Below, piece by piece: positions 26,835 to 39,800 of a stretch of DNA of 64,000 bases. The stretch is from Ramazzottius varieornatus (lineage: Eukaryota > Animalia > Tardigrada). The notes beneath the pieces are model-generated. The model was not told where the DNA came from. It saw only the letters and a list, made by a program, of their open reading frames with translations, and did no database searches. The position numbers and the translations under genes were made by a program. The stretch lies in contig BDGG01000003.1 in the NCBI GenBank assembly GCA_001949185.1, forward strand, positions 500,679-564,678, given 5' to 3'. Each line of letters opens with the position of its first letter. Within the stretch, counting starts at the first letter, position 1.

Positions 26835-27091
26835 TACTACCTGTGAGATGTAACAATTGCTTCTTCTGCAACCGAACAGCGTTTCTGCACGAGACTGCTG
26901 GCCATACACTGCGCAGCACGATCAGCTGATCGACGTCCGGTTGCCTTTTAACTTGCTCAAGCAATCAAGCGTGTGTCTGATCAGCTGATCGGTCTCATGC
27001 GAACAACATGGCGAGCAAATCCGGGCGCACATGAACCGTCCGGAACTGATTTCGGGCGTTTGAACTGTCACATCTCACAGGTAGGACTGTA
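26835..27091. mobile_element. MITE with terminal inverted repeats immediately after the SLC12 stop codon
   Basis: CTACCTGTGAGATGTAACAATT (26837) is inverted relative to AACTGTCACATCTCACAGGTAG (ending 27084); the right end reads CTG|TA, Tc1/mariner-like. Confidence 0.7.
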
Positions 27092-27284
27092 CTAGCCTAG
27101 TAAACGGTTCCAGAGTTTTATTAGATACTTCTAGTCCTTCCTGTCAAATGCGGGCTTCAATTTCAGCCGTCGTTTCTGAGAAACAGTTTTTTGTCAATAT
27201 ACAGTAGTTACCATGTTGAACAACCATGAGAAACAGCTACCATGTTGACTGTGAGGTTCGATCTGGACATAACAGTTTGCGATT

Positions 27285-28066
27285 TGGTCAATGCGCGCAG
27301 CAGGGCACTTTCACTTGCAGCTGAATGGGGCCTCAATTATCCGCGCTGCTGATTAAAAACTCGGCTTGACGGACTAGCTGTGCAGAAACTTGACAGAAGC
27401 CGTTTTGTAAAGCAAAGCTGCTCCAATGTATCGTTCACGGCTCTGTGTACTTTTCGGCTTACAGACCAGAACAAATAAGCTTTCGAAATTTCACTCAATA
27501 GAAGTTCAACAGTATCAGTTACTGTGTGAACAATCGAGAAGGGAAACACGATCTGGGCGGTAGATTCGACGAAACAATGGTATCGCGTTGCCAATATTTT
27601 CCTTTTGAATGGAAAGGAAAAATTTCAGTGCTCGGCAAGTGTCAATGAGTGATTATGCATGTGCTGATGATTGACAACGTGCTGATGCTTCACCACAACA
27701 TCAACATTAATACTTTCAGCACGATCGTTTTCATGTTTGCAGAATACTACCGTCCTATTTGTATATACAGAATTTTTATTGGCTGGTACCGTGTTGCGGA
27801 GGCTGGTCCAACCGATAGGCAATTTTCGAAATTTCGAAATTCGGACTGGCAGGTCATGAACGCCAAATCTCAAAAAGGGAGAACTGGTCGTCTTGATTTT
27901 CTTCTGACCGCACTGATGACTACAAAACTTATCCCAGGTTCGGCTTCGATAGATAAGACTGTCCCGATTACTCCAGTTTTTTTCTAAGCAAATACCGTGC
28001 ACGTGTTTCGCGCGAAGAGACGAAACACCAAATTTCACCAAAACCGCCCGAAACCGTGGAAAAAAA
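27285..28066. repeat. ~790 bp dispersed repeat, copy 1
   Basis: Near-identical reverse complement of 38717-39498; identical incidental ORF translations at both sites. Confidence 0.92.
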
Positions 28067-28585
28067 TTCCAGCGTGCTGGTGTTCTGCTGACCGATGGTC
28101 ATTAGAGTTGCTTTGGTGAGAAGACCGAGGTACATGCAAACAAAAAGACCCAGACCCGAAAGACCAAAAGCTAAAAGTGGGAGGTGAATGAAGCCGAGTG
28201 ATTGTATACACAAAAAGGACGGTCGTACGCAGAGTGGTAAATATCTTATGCTGCTGTGCCTCTCTCTGACTGTAAACAAGGCGATTAACCAAACTAGGCT
28301 GAATCAAATAACTTCGAAAGTCATTTGCGTAGGTCGGCCCTGGTCTGAGAACTTCGACACGAAAGACCGATCACCCTGCGCGATAGAAACTTAGGACTCA
28401 GTTGGAAGGCGTATCACTGGATTACTTATTAGTGGTCGACGCGTACTATCAGCGCGAGGCGAAAAAAGTACAAAAATAATAGCTTAGACAATTATCACAT
28501 AGAAGCAAGGAGGAGAAGGAAGACGAGGAAGAGGAGGAGGAAGAGTTAGGCAAGGCGAGGGCAACAATGCCTTACTAAAGCGTAT

Positions 28586-29510
28586 TTACTGCTCCTGGGT
28601 CTGCGACTGGGAGGCATCGCTTCCCGAAGCTTGGGCCGATCCGCTGGCTGCCGATCCGCTGGCATCGGAAGACGCCGAGCGAGCCGCAGCTTGCTTCCTA
28701 GCGCCACCACTGCTTTTCTTGCTGCTGCTGCTGCTGCTGCTGCTCTTGCTGCTGGAGGACTTGGAGCTCTTCGAAGAGGAAGGCTTGCTGGCAGACGCGG
28801 AGGCAGAGGACTGGACGGCCCCAGTGGCGGCGGCCTGCAGTTCGTAGTCATCCTGGTTGTCCAACAGGACATTTTTCTCGGTGTACAGACGGCTGTTGGA
28901 GTAATCCTGGAACTGCTTGGACTGGCTGCAGTCGACGTTCCAGAACCAGTCGCAAATCAAGGTGATTTGGTTGAACACCTGCAACAGCAACAGATTGTGA
29001 ACACATCAGATGCATAAAATAGCAGTCCCTCAAGACCTCTGATATCCTATCGCGCGCCAGCAAAAGAACCCCCGTTGGTCGAAGTACTCAGAAACGGGTG
29101 ACGGCAACACCTTTTCCAGCTTCGATCAACAATGGCATAAAAACATGTTTGGGCACGGGTCTACTTACAGTCATGTTGGGGCACAGGTAGCTGGTCAAGT
29201 TTCCATTGACGTCACATCGATGAAAGACCTGGCAGCGGCTGCTATCATCAGCATAGAAACCAGGCTGCTTGAACGAAGCGCAGTCAATGTTGGACTGCGG
29301 AATCTCTGACAGAATGGGGAAGTCCTGTCCGGGTTGGGCAGCGGCATAAATCTCTTGAATTTGATCAGTTCCCAATGGAGCCTTTCCACGGAGTTTGTCC
29401 AAGGCGTCCCAGACTTTGGGGTTCTGGTCGCCATTGGCACGGCGGACTCGGTGCAGCGAGCCAGCGCTGGCCACAGCAACCAGGACGGAAAGGACGACGA
29501 GGCACTTCAT
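28586..29510 (-). CDS. Secreted chitin-binding (CBM14) protein with Ser-rich tail, copy A (intron 28979-29168)
   Basis: Signal peptide MKCLVVLSVLVAVASA; PGQDFPILSEIP...C...PGFYAD...CQVFHRC...SYLCPN-VFNQITLICDWFWNVDC. Confidence 0.9.
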
Positions 29511-30467
29511 GGCTGACGAGCAGTGATACTAGTGCGGAAATATTGGGTGATAGACTGAGAGAAGCAAATGGAAAGTGATGGTTACTCGAACGACCTCGTG
29601 GCCATCTTTATATGAAATCGGAACGGTCGGTGTCTCGGTGAGAAGAACTTCAGAGAGAAAAGATTTTTGTCGAATATTATGCCACCGGTCGGACCAAGTA
29701 GGGCAGCATGGTGCATTGCCAGTGTTATGTGAACAATAGGCGGCATTTTGACACTAGTTTTCCGCATCGTTCGAAGACACAAAATTCATCTATGAATTAC
29801 CGTTATTAACCAGCGTTGTTTCATTTGGTAACACATTCGAAATCCTTTTCTGCATCGGCAACACAGTTTCTTGTACCTGTAGAAATTATCTAAGAAGGAA
29901 GCTGTATTGTTTTTAGGGAGGACTTTTTGCTCTTGTTTTACAACGTGTTCGGTGACATCATCATTGGATTAAAAATCAATGGAAAAAATGATGAAATTAC
30001 ATCAACGACAAAATATGTTGGGGTGAGTGGCCGAAAGGCTCCGATAACGAACACCAATGATAATCATACGCACGATCGACCTTGGCGCGAGCAGACACTA
30101 CGCTGACTAAAAGCGTGCGATATGTGGATAAAGATGTCGATGCGCGAAGAAAACAATGGTTGGTAATGACGTTTGCACAAAAGATCGGCTTAACGAACAC
30201 ACGAACAGTTTTGATGATATCTATCAATGTCAATATTTTTTATTGGAGATGAAGGAAATACCGTGCCGCACCTTTCAAAACCGTGCATAAACAGCACCGA
30301 ATCAATTATTAATGAGACTAATTACGGGAAAAACAAGAAAACGGGAAAGCTTTCGAGGTATAAAAACTTTTCACCAGAGAATTCGAAAGACCATCAGTTC
30401 TCATACCTCCTTCCACTTGTCTACATCGGCATTACTTCTTCCTGCTCCCCAGTCAGCAGCAGCAACA

Positions 30468-31185
30468 ATGAAGTGCCTCGTCGTCCTTTCAGTCCTGGTT
30501 GCTGTGGCCAGCGCTGGCTCGCTGCACCGAGTCCGCCGTGCCAATGGCGACCAGAACCCCAAAGTCTGGGACGCCTTGGACAAACTCCGTGGAAAGGCTC
30601 CATTGGGAACTGATCAAATTCAAGAGATTTATGCCGCTGCCCAACCCGGACAGGACTTCCCCATTCTGTCAGAGATTCCGCAGTCCAACATTGACTGCGC
30701 TTCGTTCAAGCAGCCTGGTTTCTATGCTGATGATAGCAGCCGCTGCCAGGTCTTTCATCGATGTGACGTCAATGGCAACTTGACCAGTTATCTCTGCCCT
30801 AATATGAGCGTAAGTCTCACACATGAGAGCTGCAAGCGGTCGTTCACTTCATCACTTGATTCATCTTCCCTGTTTGCAGTTGTTCAACCAAATCACCTTG
30901 GTCTGCGACTGGTTCTGGAACGTCGACTGCAGCCAGTCCAAGCAGTTCCAGGATTACTCCAACAGCCGTCTGTACACCGAGGGAAATGTCCTGTTGGACA
31001 ACCAGGATGACTACGAACTGCAGGCCGCCACCAGGGCCGTCCAGTCTTCCCGCAGCCGTACCAGTAGCAAGAGCAGCAGCGTCAAGAAGCAGTCGCGCGC
31101 GGACTCTTCGGAATCTAGCGATCAGGTTGACCAAGCTTCCGGAAGTGATGCCGTTGAGGAACCATTCCAAGCTCAATTAGAGTAA
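30468..31185 (+). CDS. Secreted chitin-binding (CBM14) protein, copy B (intron 30810-30879)
   Basis: Same signal peptide and CBM14 domain as copy A; different, shorter C-terminal tail. Confidence 0.9.
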
Positions 31186-31950
31186 ACGCATAGTACGAGC
31201 GTCCACGGTCTACCGGTCATCCCGTCTATTGTAATTTCCGTCTTCTGATTTCATTTCTCTGCTTGTGATTGTAATCTATGCTATTTATTTGTTTTTTGTC
31301 CCTCATGCAGAAGTTGAATCATATACAGGCGCTCTTCTGTTGTTCATGCGCAAACGAGATTCTCAATGTGACCCCTGGCAGAACTCTTGCTCGTTACACA
31401 AGTGCGAAGAACCCAGCCTCCACACACCTTCAGCAGTCAATCAGGCGAGAAAATGCCTATGAAAGGAGCATCGAGCGATTAACTGCAGTACGAGGTAGAC
31501 TCCACAATTCCGGAGGGCCAATTTCCCATCATAATTCGGGCGGCTCGAAATTCGATACGTAGTTTGCTATGCTGTATTGGTTGATCATCGTACTTTTACG
31601 AGCAAGTTCGAAAAGACGAAGCAACTTTATTAAACTGAGACAACTGCACTATCGGGAGAACTTGCAGTTCATTTAAATACAGGAATGATAGAAAAAGGCG
31701 GAAACTAACGAAACGAGAGCAGATGGTTATTGGGTCGGTTAATTATCACAGATCATTAATCGGTACCTTAAGGTGAGAATAGCCTCGGGAAGGGTACTCG
31801 GGAGGCCTTTTCACAAATAACAATAGTGGTAGATCGAGATGTGAACTACATTTTAGAAAAACGTCGGTGTCGATATCTCCATCCGGTAATTCAGTGTGAA
31901 AGTCTAATGTTGACCACCCAAATTGAAGATTGTCTCTCTTGCTGGTCTTA

Positions 31951-32848
31951 TCAGGTGCGGAAGTATGACTTGTCCCCCGTTGTCGACCACAGTTTCAGAA
32001 ATTAGTTTCTCCCCATTGAGCCAAGTACTTCATCCCAAATTTTCAGCAATATGATGCACCATTCAGCATTCACATACGTTCAGGGATATCCAGATTATGA
32101 GCGTGCGCCGAGCTGCGGAATTAGTTTACCGAAAGGGCTGTTGTGTGGAAAAAAACGCCACTTTCGGAAAAACATTTGTTTCGAGCGCCCAGTTCCCTTG
32201 GGAAACCTCATTACGTTTTCGAAGCATGCTCCCTTGGTGGTTCTTTTGAAAGCAATAATAGGTTTTCTTTTGGATACATTGGGTGTCGAATTTATCCGGC
32301 TGGAAACTTGGACGCGGGTCCGAAAAACACTGGCTCTCGCCTTGCGAGAGCTGAAAGAGTTCAGTCGCGGAACAACTCCCACCGAAAATGGACCATACCC
32401 TGATGCATCTACTGCAAATCTCACAAAAAGTTTTCAAGATGCCCATGAGAAGTGGAAAAGTGGCGCATTTTAGAGGACGTTTTTACACCCTCGAAAACGA
32501 AAATTCTTGTTTTTGAAAAACCAGAAGTCGCAGTCAGATAACTTGTGACTGTTGTCGTGAAGAACCAACTCAGTTCCATAGACTAATATGATTCGCTTTG
32601 AAATCGGTCAAGCCAGTAGCTGTAGAAAAAATTCGGAAAAACAGAAAAACAATCTTCTCCCTTTGACTGTAAACCTAGTTTTCTCCTCGTGTGGGCAACG
32701 CACGGACCTGATTCTTGCTGCAGAAAAAGGAGAAGTGTTGGTGGACAACCCGTCACATGAAGCAGAAGAGAAAAGACGAAAATCTAACTCGTAAAAATTT
32801 TTCAAATATGTCCCCTCGAAAAGGGACAAGTTATACTTCCGCACCTAA
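31951..32848. mobile_element. Non-autonomous mariner-family element, ~0.9 kb
   Basis: TA|TCAGGTGCGGAAGTATGACTTGTCCC ... GGGACAAGTTATACTTCCGCACCTAA|TA, the same TIR as 18056-19324. Confidence 0.88.
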
Positions 32849-34030
32849 TACAAATTAGTGGCACACGCGTGCTAGTTTCCCGGACACGGGACAAAGTCAG
32901 TGTTCGATGCTGACAAAGGCTAGCAAAAGCTCGCTTCGACTTTGAAGCCGAGCTTCCAAATGAAGAGAAAGCCAGCCTGTGCTCAGCTGCTCGGAATCCG
33001 CCAATATGTAGAAACGTACCAGGGCACGCGGTTGCTCTCCACTGGTCAAGCCTCTCTCTGGCCAAGTCACTGTTCACACAGAAAATCAGCTGGGCTTCCT
33101 GAACAATGCACTGTTTTCGGGGCGCGTAGTTTATCATAGTTGCGTAGTTTAGAAAACAATTAACATGCTCGTAGAAGCGATCATCTTAATTGTTTTCTAA
33201 AATGGCCAATCAACAGAAGGATGTTTGAGGTAGAGTGTACTAGGAGCGATTGTGGATACTTGGCTCCGTTGTCTATTTTGGAAAAACTAGCAGACTCTTC
33301 GTCTTGTCGAGATCTACATATTTGGTGCTTGGTAGCCTCGTGGGACTAACCCGTCAGGATGAAACCTCGGCACAAGTTCGTTTTTTTATGGCAACACAGC
33401 AGGGCAATAAAACCATTGTGACCACCGCGACAACCTTCATTGTGTAGTTTCATCATATCCTTGTATTCCTGCACTATTGTCATATGAAAATTGCAAGCGC
33501 AGTGAATTTCCTCCTGAAGATGCCCAGGTTTTCGGAGATCTTCGCCTTAAGAAACTAAGTAAGGGAAAAGAGGGCGTAGACTGAGGGGATTTCAACTAGG
33601 ACGTCGTCAACAGCAGACGCTTTATAAGATATCCGATATCCGGGATGACCATCGGAGTCGACAGGGAGATATCTGGAGACTAAAGTGATGAGTGATAGCT
33701 TACGTAACAGTGCATCGGTTGATGTAACTCCTGGCCATTTAACAGTGCGCTAACCCTCTTCCTCCCACCGTCGACTCCTCAACTCTGGCCCATAACACTG
33801 ACTGCACGTGCGACTTCATCTGCACCGAAACCGATGAATCTCTGATTCTTGCGCATGCTTCTGCCGACGGCTAAATTAATTGTCACGGCTTCAAATCGTT
33901 GTATCGTTTTCTCAGCAGTGGCAAGTCTGTCGAGATTTCAATGGACGATATGATTCTTCGAACTTTCAGACATCGCAAACCCAGTACTGAAAAAAGACAC
34001 GCCACTTGATCGGGGCGATTAAAAATTTTA

Positions 34031-34936
34031 CCGAAGTCAATACTGTTACAGGACGGCTTCAGACTGCGTTCTCCACTAAACTCATCGTTCCACAACTCTT
34101 GCAGAACCGCGGTGTGTCTCCCCAAATTGTTGCTGGACATATACGGAACCAGGGAAGGACAGAAAACGTGGTGAAATGAGCACCCCATTTACTTTGCGAA
34201 CCTCAGAAAAAACGCGGAGTTCCTACTTTCGTTTCTCTCCTGATCGTGAATAGGAACAAACCGACCCAAGACTGCTTTGTCACCGCTGTTGAAAAGTGGA
34301 CTCTGCAGGGTGTTTTTAAGGGAGAATCGGTTCGCTGAGACGAAGCGGAAGCACCACAGAAGGCTTTGAATCGTGAGCGGCACCAAACGAGGACCATGGT
34401 CACATCATGGTGGACAACTCACGCTTGTTACCGCTTCATGCTTCCTCTACCCAATAAACCGATAGCGGTAGACTTGGCCTCTCTGGAAACGGGGTAATTA
34501 CTGGAAAAGTCCCTTGTGCAACAGCAGGTGTTTTTCAGTCCGCCGAAGTCATTACTGTTGCAAGACGGCTTCAGATTGTGTTCTCCACTAAACTCCGCCG
34601 CAAAACCGTACGAAGTGAAATGGAAACTCCCTTTAAGAGCTCTAGTAGTACGCACCTGACGCAAACAAACTATCATTATTTCACGAGATTAGGAGACCTG
34701 CAGCGAGTAACAAAAATCCTCTCGGAAGAGGCTGTAGAGAATGGCTTCAGAACGTTTATATTTTCTCTTTCCGCCCCCTGCTGCTGCGGCGGTATGAATT
34801 TGCTGCCAAAAAAATGGCTCAACTACCTTGATGGTTTGGATGAACAAGTGAACCAAAAACTTCCAAATTTGAAGTCAGGAAAAAACTTTGAAACCTTTAC
34901 TTCGAAAAGTTGCAGGTCATACTTTCGCACCTGATA
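34031..34936. mobile_element. Degenerate element with a 53-bp direct repeat and a solo mariner-like right TIR
   Basis: 34031-34083 is repeated at 34543-34595; GTCATACTTTCGCACCTGA|TA at 34916-34936 resembles the mariner TIR above. Confidence 0.5.
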
Positions 34937-35619
34937 GAATCAAAGGAAAGAAACGGACTAAAGGCGAAGCGGACCGCATCGCGATCGAAAACGGACTGGA
35001 CTCAGAACGACCAAAAACGAGAGCGGACTGGGAACGGATGCGCACCCGGATCTTTAAACTTACAGAGTCGTTCCCATTAAGCTTACGGAGTCGTTCCCAC
35101 TCCGTTCGCTCGTCGTTCAGCGTCTTTTCTTGACCTGGTCTTGGGTCTCACTTGCCACACTACATACACTGTGACGTGACTAATCAAATTAGCAAACTGC
35201 TTTGGACGAAAGATCCCACCATGTCTCTCGTTGTTCTTGAAAACTAAAAATCAGCTGTGTCGTCACTATCCCCAACTACGATCGGTCCTGCAAACCCTGC
35301 TTTCAGTTTTTCATCCCAGAAAGCTCACTTGACTCGCCCGACGGCACCATCAAAGAACACCTGTCTTTCGACTCCAATGAGAAATTTCACTATCACCAAT
35401 GTTTTCAGTGGACAAAAAGTCCGAGTAGAACAGACATCTCCAGAAGAAACGAGATCGAAAAAGGCCATTTTTGCCGTTCGTGAAATGGAGCTTTTTAACC
35501 GGTAAGATTGAGTGGTACAGACAAGGAAATATGGCTCATCTCTGACTGCCACTCTCCCGTCACATGACACGCTCACAGTAAAACCGAAATCGCCGAAATG
35601 TTTTGCAAACATTAGTAAC

Positions 35620-35756
35620 GCGCCTGGCCTAAATATGAGCATGGACAAAACTACGGGCAGCGGAGCGACTTAGTTGATTGGTCAACTTCAGCTGACCCGT
35701 GCCGCTTTTGCTCCGCTGCCCACAGTTTTGACTATGCCCATATTTAGGCCAAGCGC
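35620..35756. mobile_element. ~137 bp foldback MITE
   Basis: GCGCCTGGCCTAAATATGAGCATGGACAAAACTACGGGCAGCGGAGC is an imperfect inverted repeat of GCTCCGCTGCCCACAGTTTTGACTATGCCCATATTTAGGCCAAGCGC. Confidence 0.8.
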
Positions 35757-36853
35757 CATTGCACGAGAAGAAATCTATAGAAAAATTGTCTTCCGAAACT
35801 TTTCCATATGAGTTCTACAACCCACTTTCGAGGAATATTTTATGCATGGCTGTCATCCACTTTGGATATCTTGTTCTCGTCCGATTTTAGCCCAATAAGT
35901 TTTATGAGATACATATGTGGTACTGTCTAGAACGACCACAGATGTGTGCTGCAGAATCCACAGGTGACGGAGAAGAGAAACGATAGGACTGAAATGCCCG
36001 CAAAAGTGTGGTGTTAATCCCATAATTATGGAAAATTTCGTAAGGAGTTTTTATTGGAGAACTCTTTCTGCTAAATTTAAATTGACCGATGTTTTTTTGG
36101 TTTGTGCAGTCTGGGATTTTCGGCGCTGTTTCGCGTCTTCTATCGTCTTATTTGTTCCGCGTTATTAGATGTGGAAGTCCCAAGAGTGTCCTAATGAGAA
36201 TACCGTATTCGACAATCGCTCATTTGGTAACTTCAGGCTCGTTTGTTAACACAGAGCCGACGGCTGATCTTTGGAATTACGCTATTTTCCGAAAATAAGG
36301 GGAGCTCCGGAAAGCAAAATGTAGTTTCACGTCATGAAAAGGGGCGGAGCAAGGCCGTAGCTGCAGTTTCAAAGTGAACGGGAGTGGCAGCTTGACCTTT
36401 GTAACTTCAGGCATATACGCCTCTACGAGCACCGGAACCACGACCTTCTGATCGCAATCACAGGTCAGAACGGTGCCGCAGTGTTATGCATAAGCTCAGC
36501 AGTAAAGAATGGCAAGACTATGCCTGGCCACCGGAACAACACCAAGGTCCACAAAGGCACTCAACGCACATCTTGCAATACCTCGTCAAGATGACTTTGC
36601 TATCAGTCGTTAAAAGTAGCGGCGCGCAGGACTGTCTAATAGATAGATCCGCTTCCGTTTCCCTCCGCCTGGTCAGTTAGAGTAACTACGGTTCCGATCT
36701 TCTTTCTAGAAAACGAACGGCGGGGAGAGGTGTTGCGGAAAAATGCAGTTCACCGGATCTCATGTACTCAAAAGTCCAAAATCAGGCTATAAACTATGAA
36801 AATCCCCTTTCTCAAACATAATTTGCACGTAGATTTCTACCACATATTAACAT

Positions 36854-39800
36854 TCAGTACGCCGTAAACAGTTTCTGAAATGCGATTGACGAAGCCCAGA
36901 GAGTGGACACGAAACAGAGTATTTTGTTGGAAAGCTCGCAGGTGGCAGCACTACAGACGATCGGCTGAGAAGGATGTATTGGATACACATCTGCTGGTTT
37001 CCTTCTCTTGGCCGAGGAGCTGTTTGTCCCCTCCATTGCAGATCTTGGTCTACAAGAAAAGCGTCCATTGATTCAATTAAGTTTAGAATTCCAAAATTCC
37101 GTTCCATTTGGTAAATGAGCGTGCTGGCAGCTAGCTTACGCTGGCGTTGTGCTGAGCTGCTGCTTGATCCACAACTCGTTAAAATTCCGATTAGAAGTCA
37201 TGTTTAATGAGGGCCGACGTCGTCGTCCAGCAGCTCGAAGGACGTCTTGCTCGCCGTAATCCGGAGGAAGATTAGGCAGCAGACGCCACTCGTCATGCGC
37301 CTTCTGACGACGCCCAGTCTTCCCTTCTCGACCGACTTTGCGCCGATGATGATCCAACTCATCATCCAAGATTAATTTGCCCGTATGGGCTTCGGCGTGC
37401 GTATGAACCATAACGTTCTTTTGGCGGTTCCTTCTTCGTCCATTCGCAATCCTCGTCCTGCCGAAAGATAAGCTCATTACATCGTTTTCTGGTGCAACTA
37501 ACTTGGTTTGCGCTCCAGCTTCGGTATACATACACGAAGAAGTATTTTCAAACGCGAAGCCCACAATATGCAAGTGGCGTAAAGTTGCAGTCAATAACAT
37601 GCAAAATTGCGCCACTCAAAACAAGGACGATCCCGAGACTGTTAGTGGGAAAGTTTACCTGTTTGCTTACTTACTGTTTGATGTGATGATTTGCGGATAA
37701 GTGGGTGACGTTGTAACCCACTTCCTTCATCAGATCGATAATGGAATGGTTGCCCAAAAAATGGCCTGGAAAATAACAGCAAACAAATCATCTTACTTCT
37801 CGCATTGACATCCTCTTATGTAAATGCGAAGTCCAGCAGGATTTGTTTGAGCAGGATTATGAATGCATGACAGAGCGTACCGGCGCCGAAAGCAAAGAAA
37901 AATGTCCGATGAGGGAAGGTTTCGAGGAGCTCGACGACGCGTTTGGCCATGCGCCGGTTTCTCTTGTGTATCAGCTCTGTGCGAAAGTACTGGTCAATAG
38001 AAGGCGTCACCGAGTTGTTGAATGAAGGTGCAGCAGGTAGGGCTGCCGACATCCACTCATTAGATCCATCCCGTATGGCTATCACAGATTGCAAATCACC
38101 GCAGTTGTATTCGTAGACCAACTCGTCCACCGAAGGACTTTTCGGAGAACTCGAAGTAGCATTTCCTACCCGAACTGCCTCGTAATGATCGAGGGCTTGT
38201 TCCAGCGCCACCAGTACCTGCAAAACCAAACACCATCATCAGACGTATCATTTCGACAACCGCGAGAACTATTCAAGACTTGGTGAATCACCTCTTTTTA
38301 CTGCCTCGGCTTCCCCTACATTCGGGGTTTTTTTCTTTTTTGGAAGCTCGGCAAACAAACTCGACCAGATCGCTTTCTTAAGTGATTTACGTTCGCAGTT
38401 TCATCAACTGAAACCGTGCGCCACTTGAAAAAGCGATCTGGTCTAAAGTTTGCTTGTTTCTCCCAGTGGCGCACGTTTCCAGTGGTATGAGCAGCAAGCG
38501 TGCGCCACTTGCATGAACGATCTGGTCGAAGTTGTTTGCCGAACTCACATTCTGCGAAGAAAGCTTCAATGTACGAACGAAATTAGGCTCAAATTCGAAA
38601 TTTCTAGTTCGGAGTCTTTCCAGCTTATCAGAGCTAACTTTTGCATTGGCAGCATTGGGGAACTCGGGTTTGACAGATTAATGACAGGATTGTCCGTGCT
38701 GGAGGGCTGATCCGAGCTTTTTTTCTACGGTTTCGGATGGTTTCGGTGAAATTTGGTGTTTCGTCTCTTCGCGCGAGACACGTGCACGGTATTCACTTAG
38801 AGAAAAACTGGAACACTGGGACAGTCTTATCTATCGAAGCCGAGCCTAGGATAAGTTTTGTAGTCATCAGTGCGGTCAGAAGAAAATCAAGACGACCAGT
38901 TCTCCCTTTTTGAGATTTGGCGTTCATGACCTGCCAGTCCGAATTTCGAAATTTCGAAAATTGCCTATCGGTTGGACCAGCCTCCGCAACACGGTACCAG
39001 CCAATAAAAATTCTGTATATACAAATAGGACGGTAGTATTCTGCAAACATGAAAACGATCGTGCTGAAAGTATTAATGTTGATGTTGTGGTGAAGCATCA
39101 GCACGTTGTCAATCATCAGCACATGCATAATCACTCATTGACACTTGCCGAGCACTGAAATTTTTCCTTTCCATTCAAAAGGAAAATATTGGCAACGCGA
39201 TACCATTGTTTCGTCGAATCTACCGCCCAGATCGTGTTTCCCTTCTCGATTGTTCACACAGTAACTGATACTGTTGAACTTCTATTGAGTGAAATTTCGA
39301 AAGCTTATTTGTTCTGGTCTGTAAGCCGAAAAGTACACAGAGCCGTGAACGATACATTGGAGCAGCTTTGCTTTACAAAACGGCTTCTGTCAAGTTTCTG
39401 CACAGCTAGTCCGTCAAGCCGAGTTTTTAATCAGCAGCGCGGATAATTGAGGCCCCATTCAGCTGCAAGTGAAAGTGCCCTGCTGCGCGCATTGACCACC
39501 GGGCAGTTCTACCGTCGATACGTTCTCCTTGAATGGTCAACCTCAATTGGAGGGAACGGTATAGTAATAAAGGAAGAGAAGTTTGACAATGATGAGTGAA
39601 TCGATTAAAATGACAAGTACGTACTCCTTCACAAACTGCCCTGATGGGATAATTTACCTACTGTACTCCCCTTTTCAGATTTTAATCGAGAATACGATTT
39701 CATTTAACTTTTATTGGAAGTCATTGACTTTTACGACGTGGAATATATCATCGTTACTGGGTTGGTGAAGGACTTCAATGAGGATCGATTTAAGCAAATT

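Noticed and set aside
27337-27987. ORFs repeated at 27.3-28.0 kb and 38.8-39.4 kb treated as genes
   Set aside because: They are identical only because the DNA is duplicated; no protein family signal.
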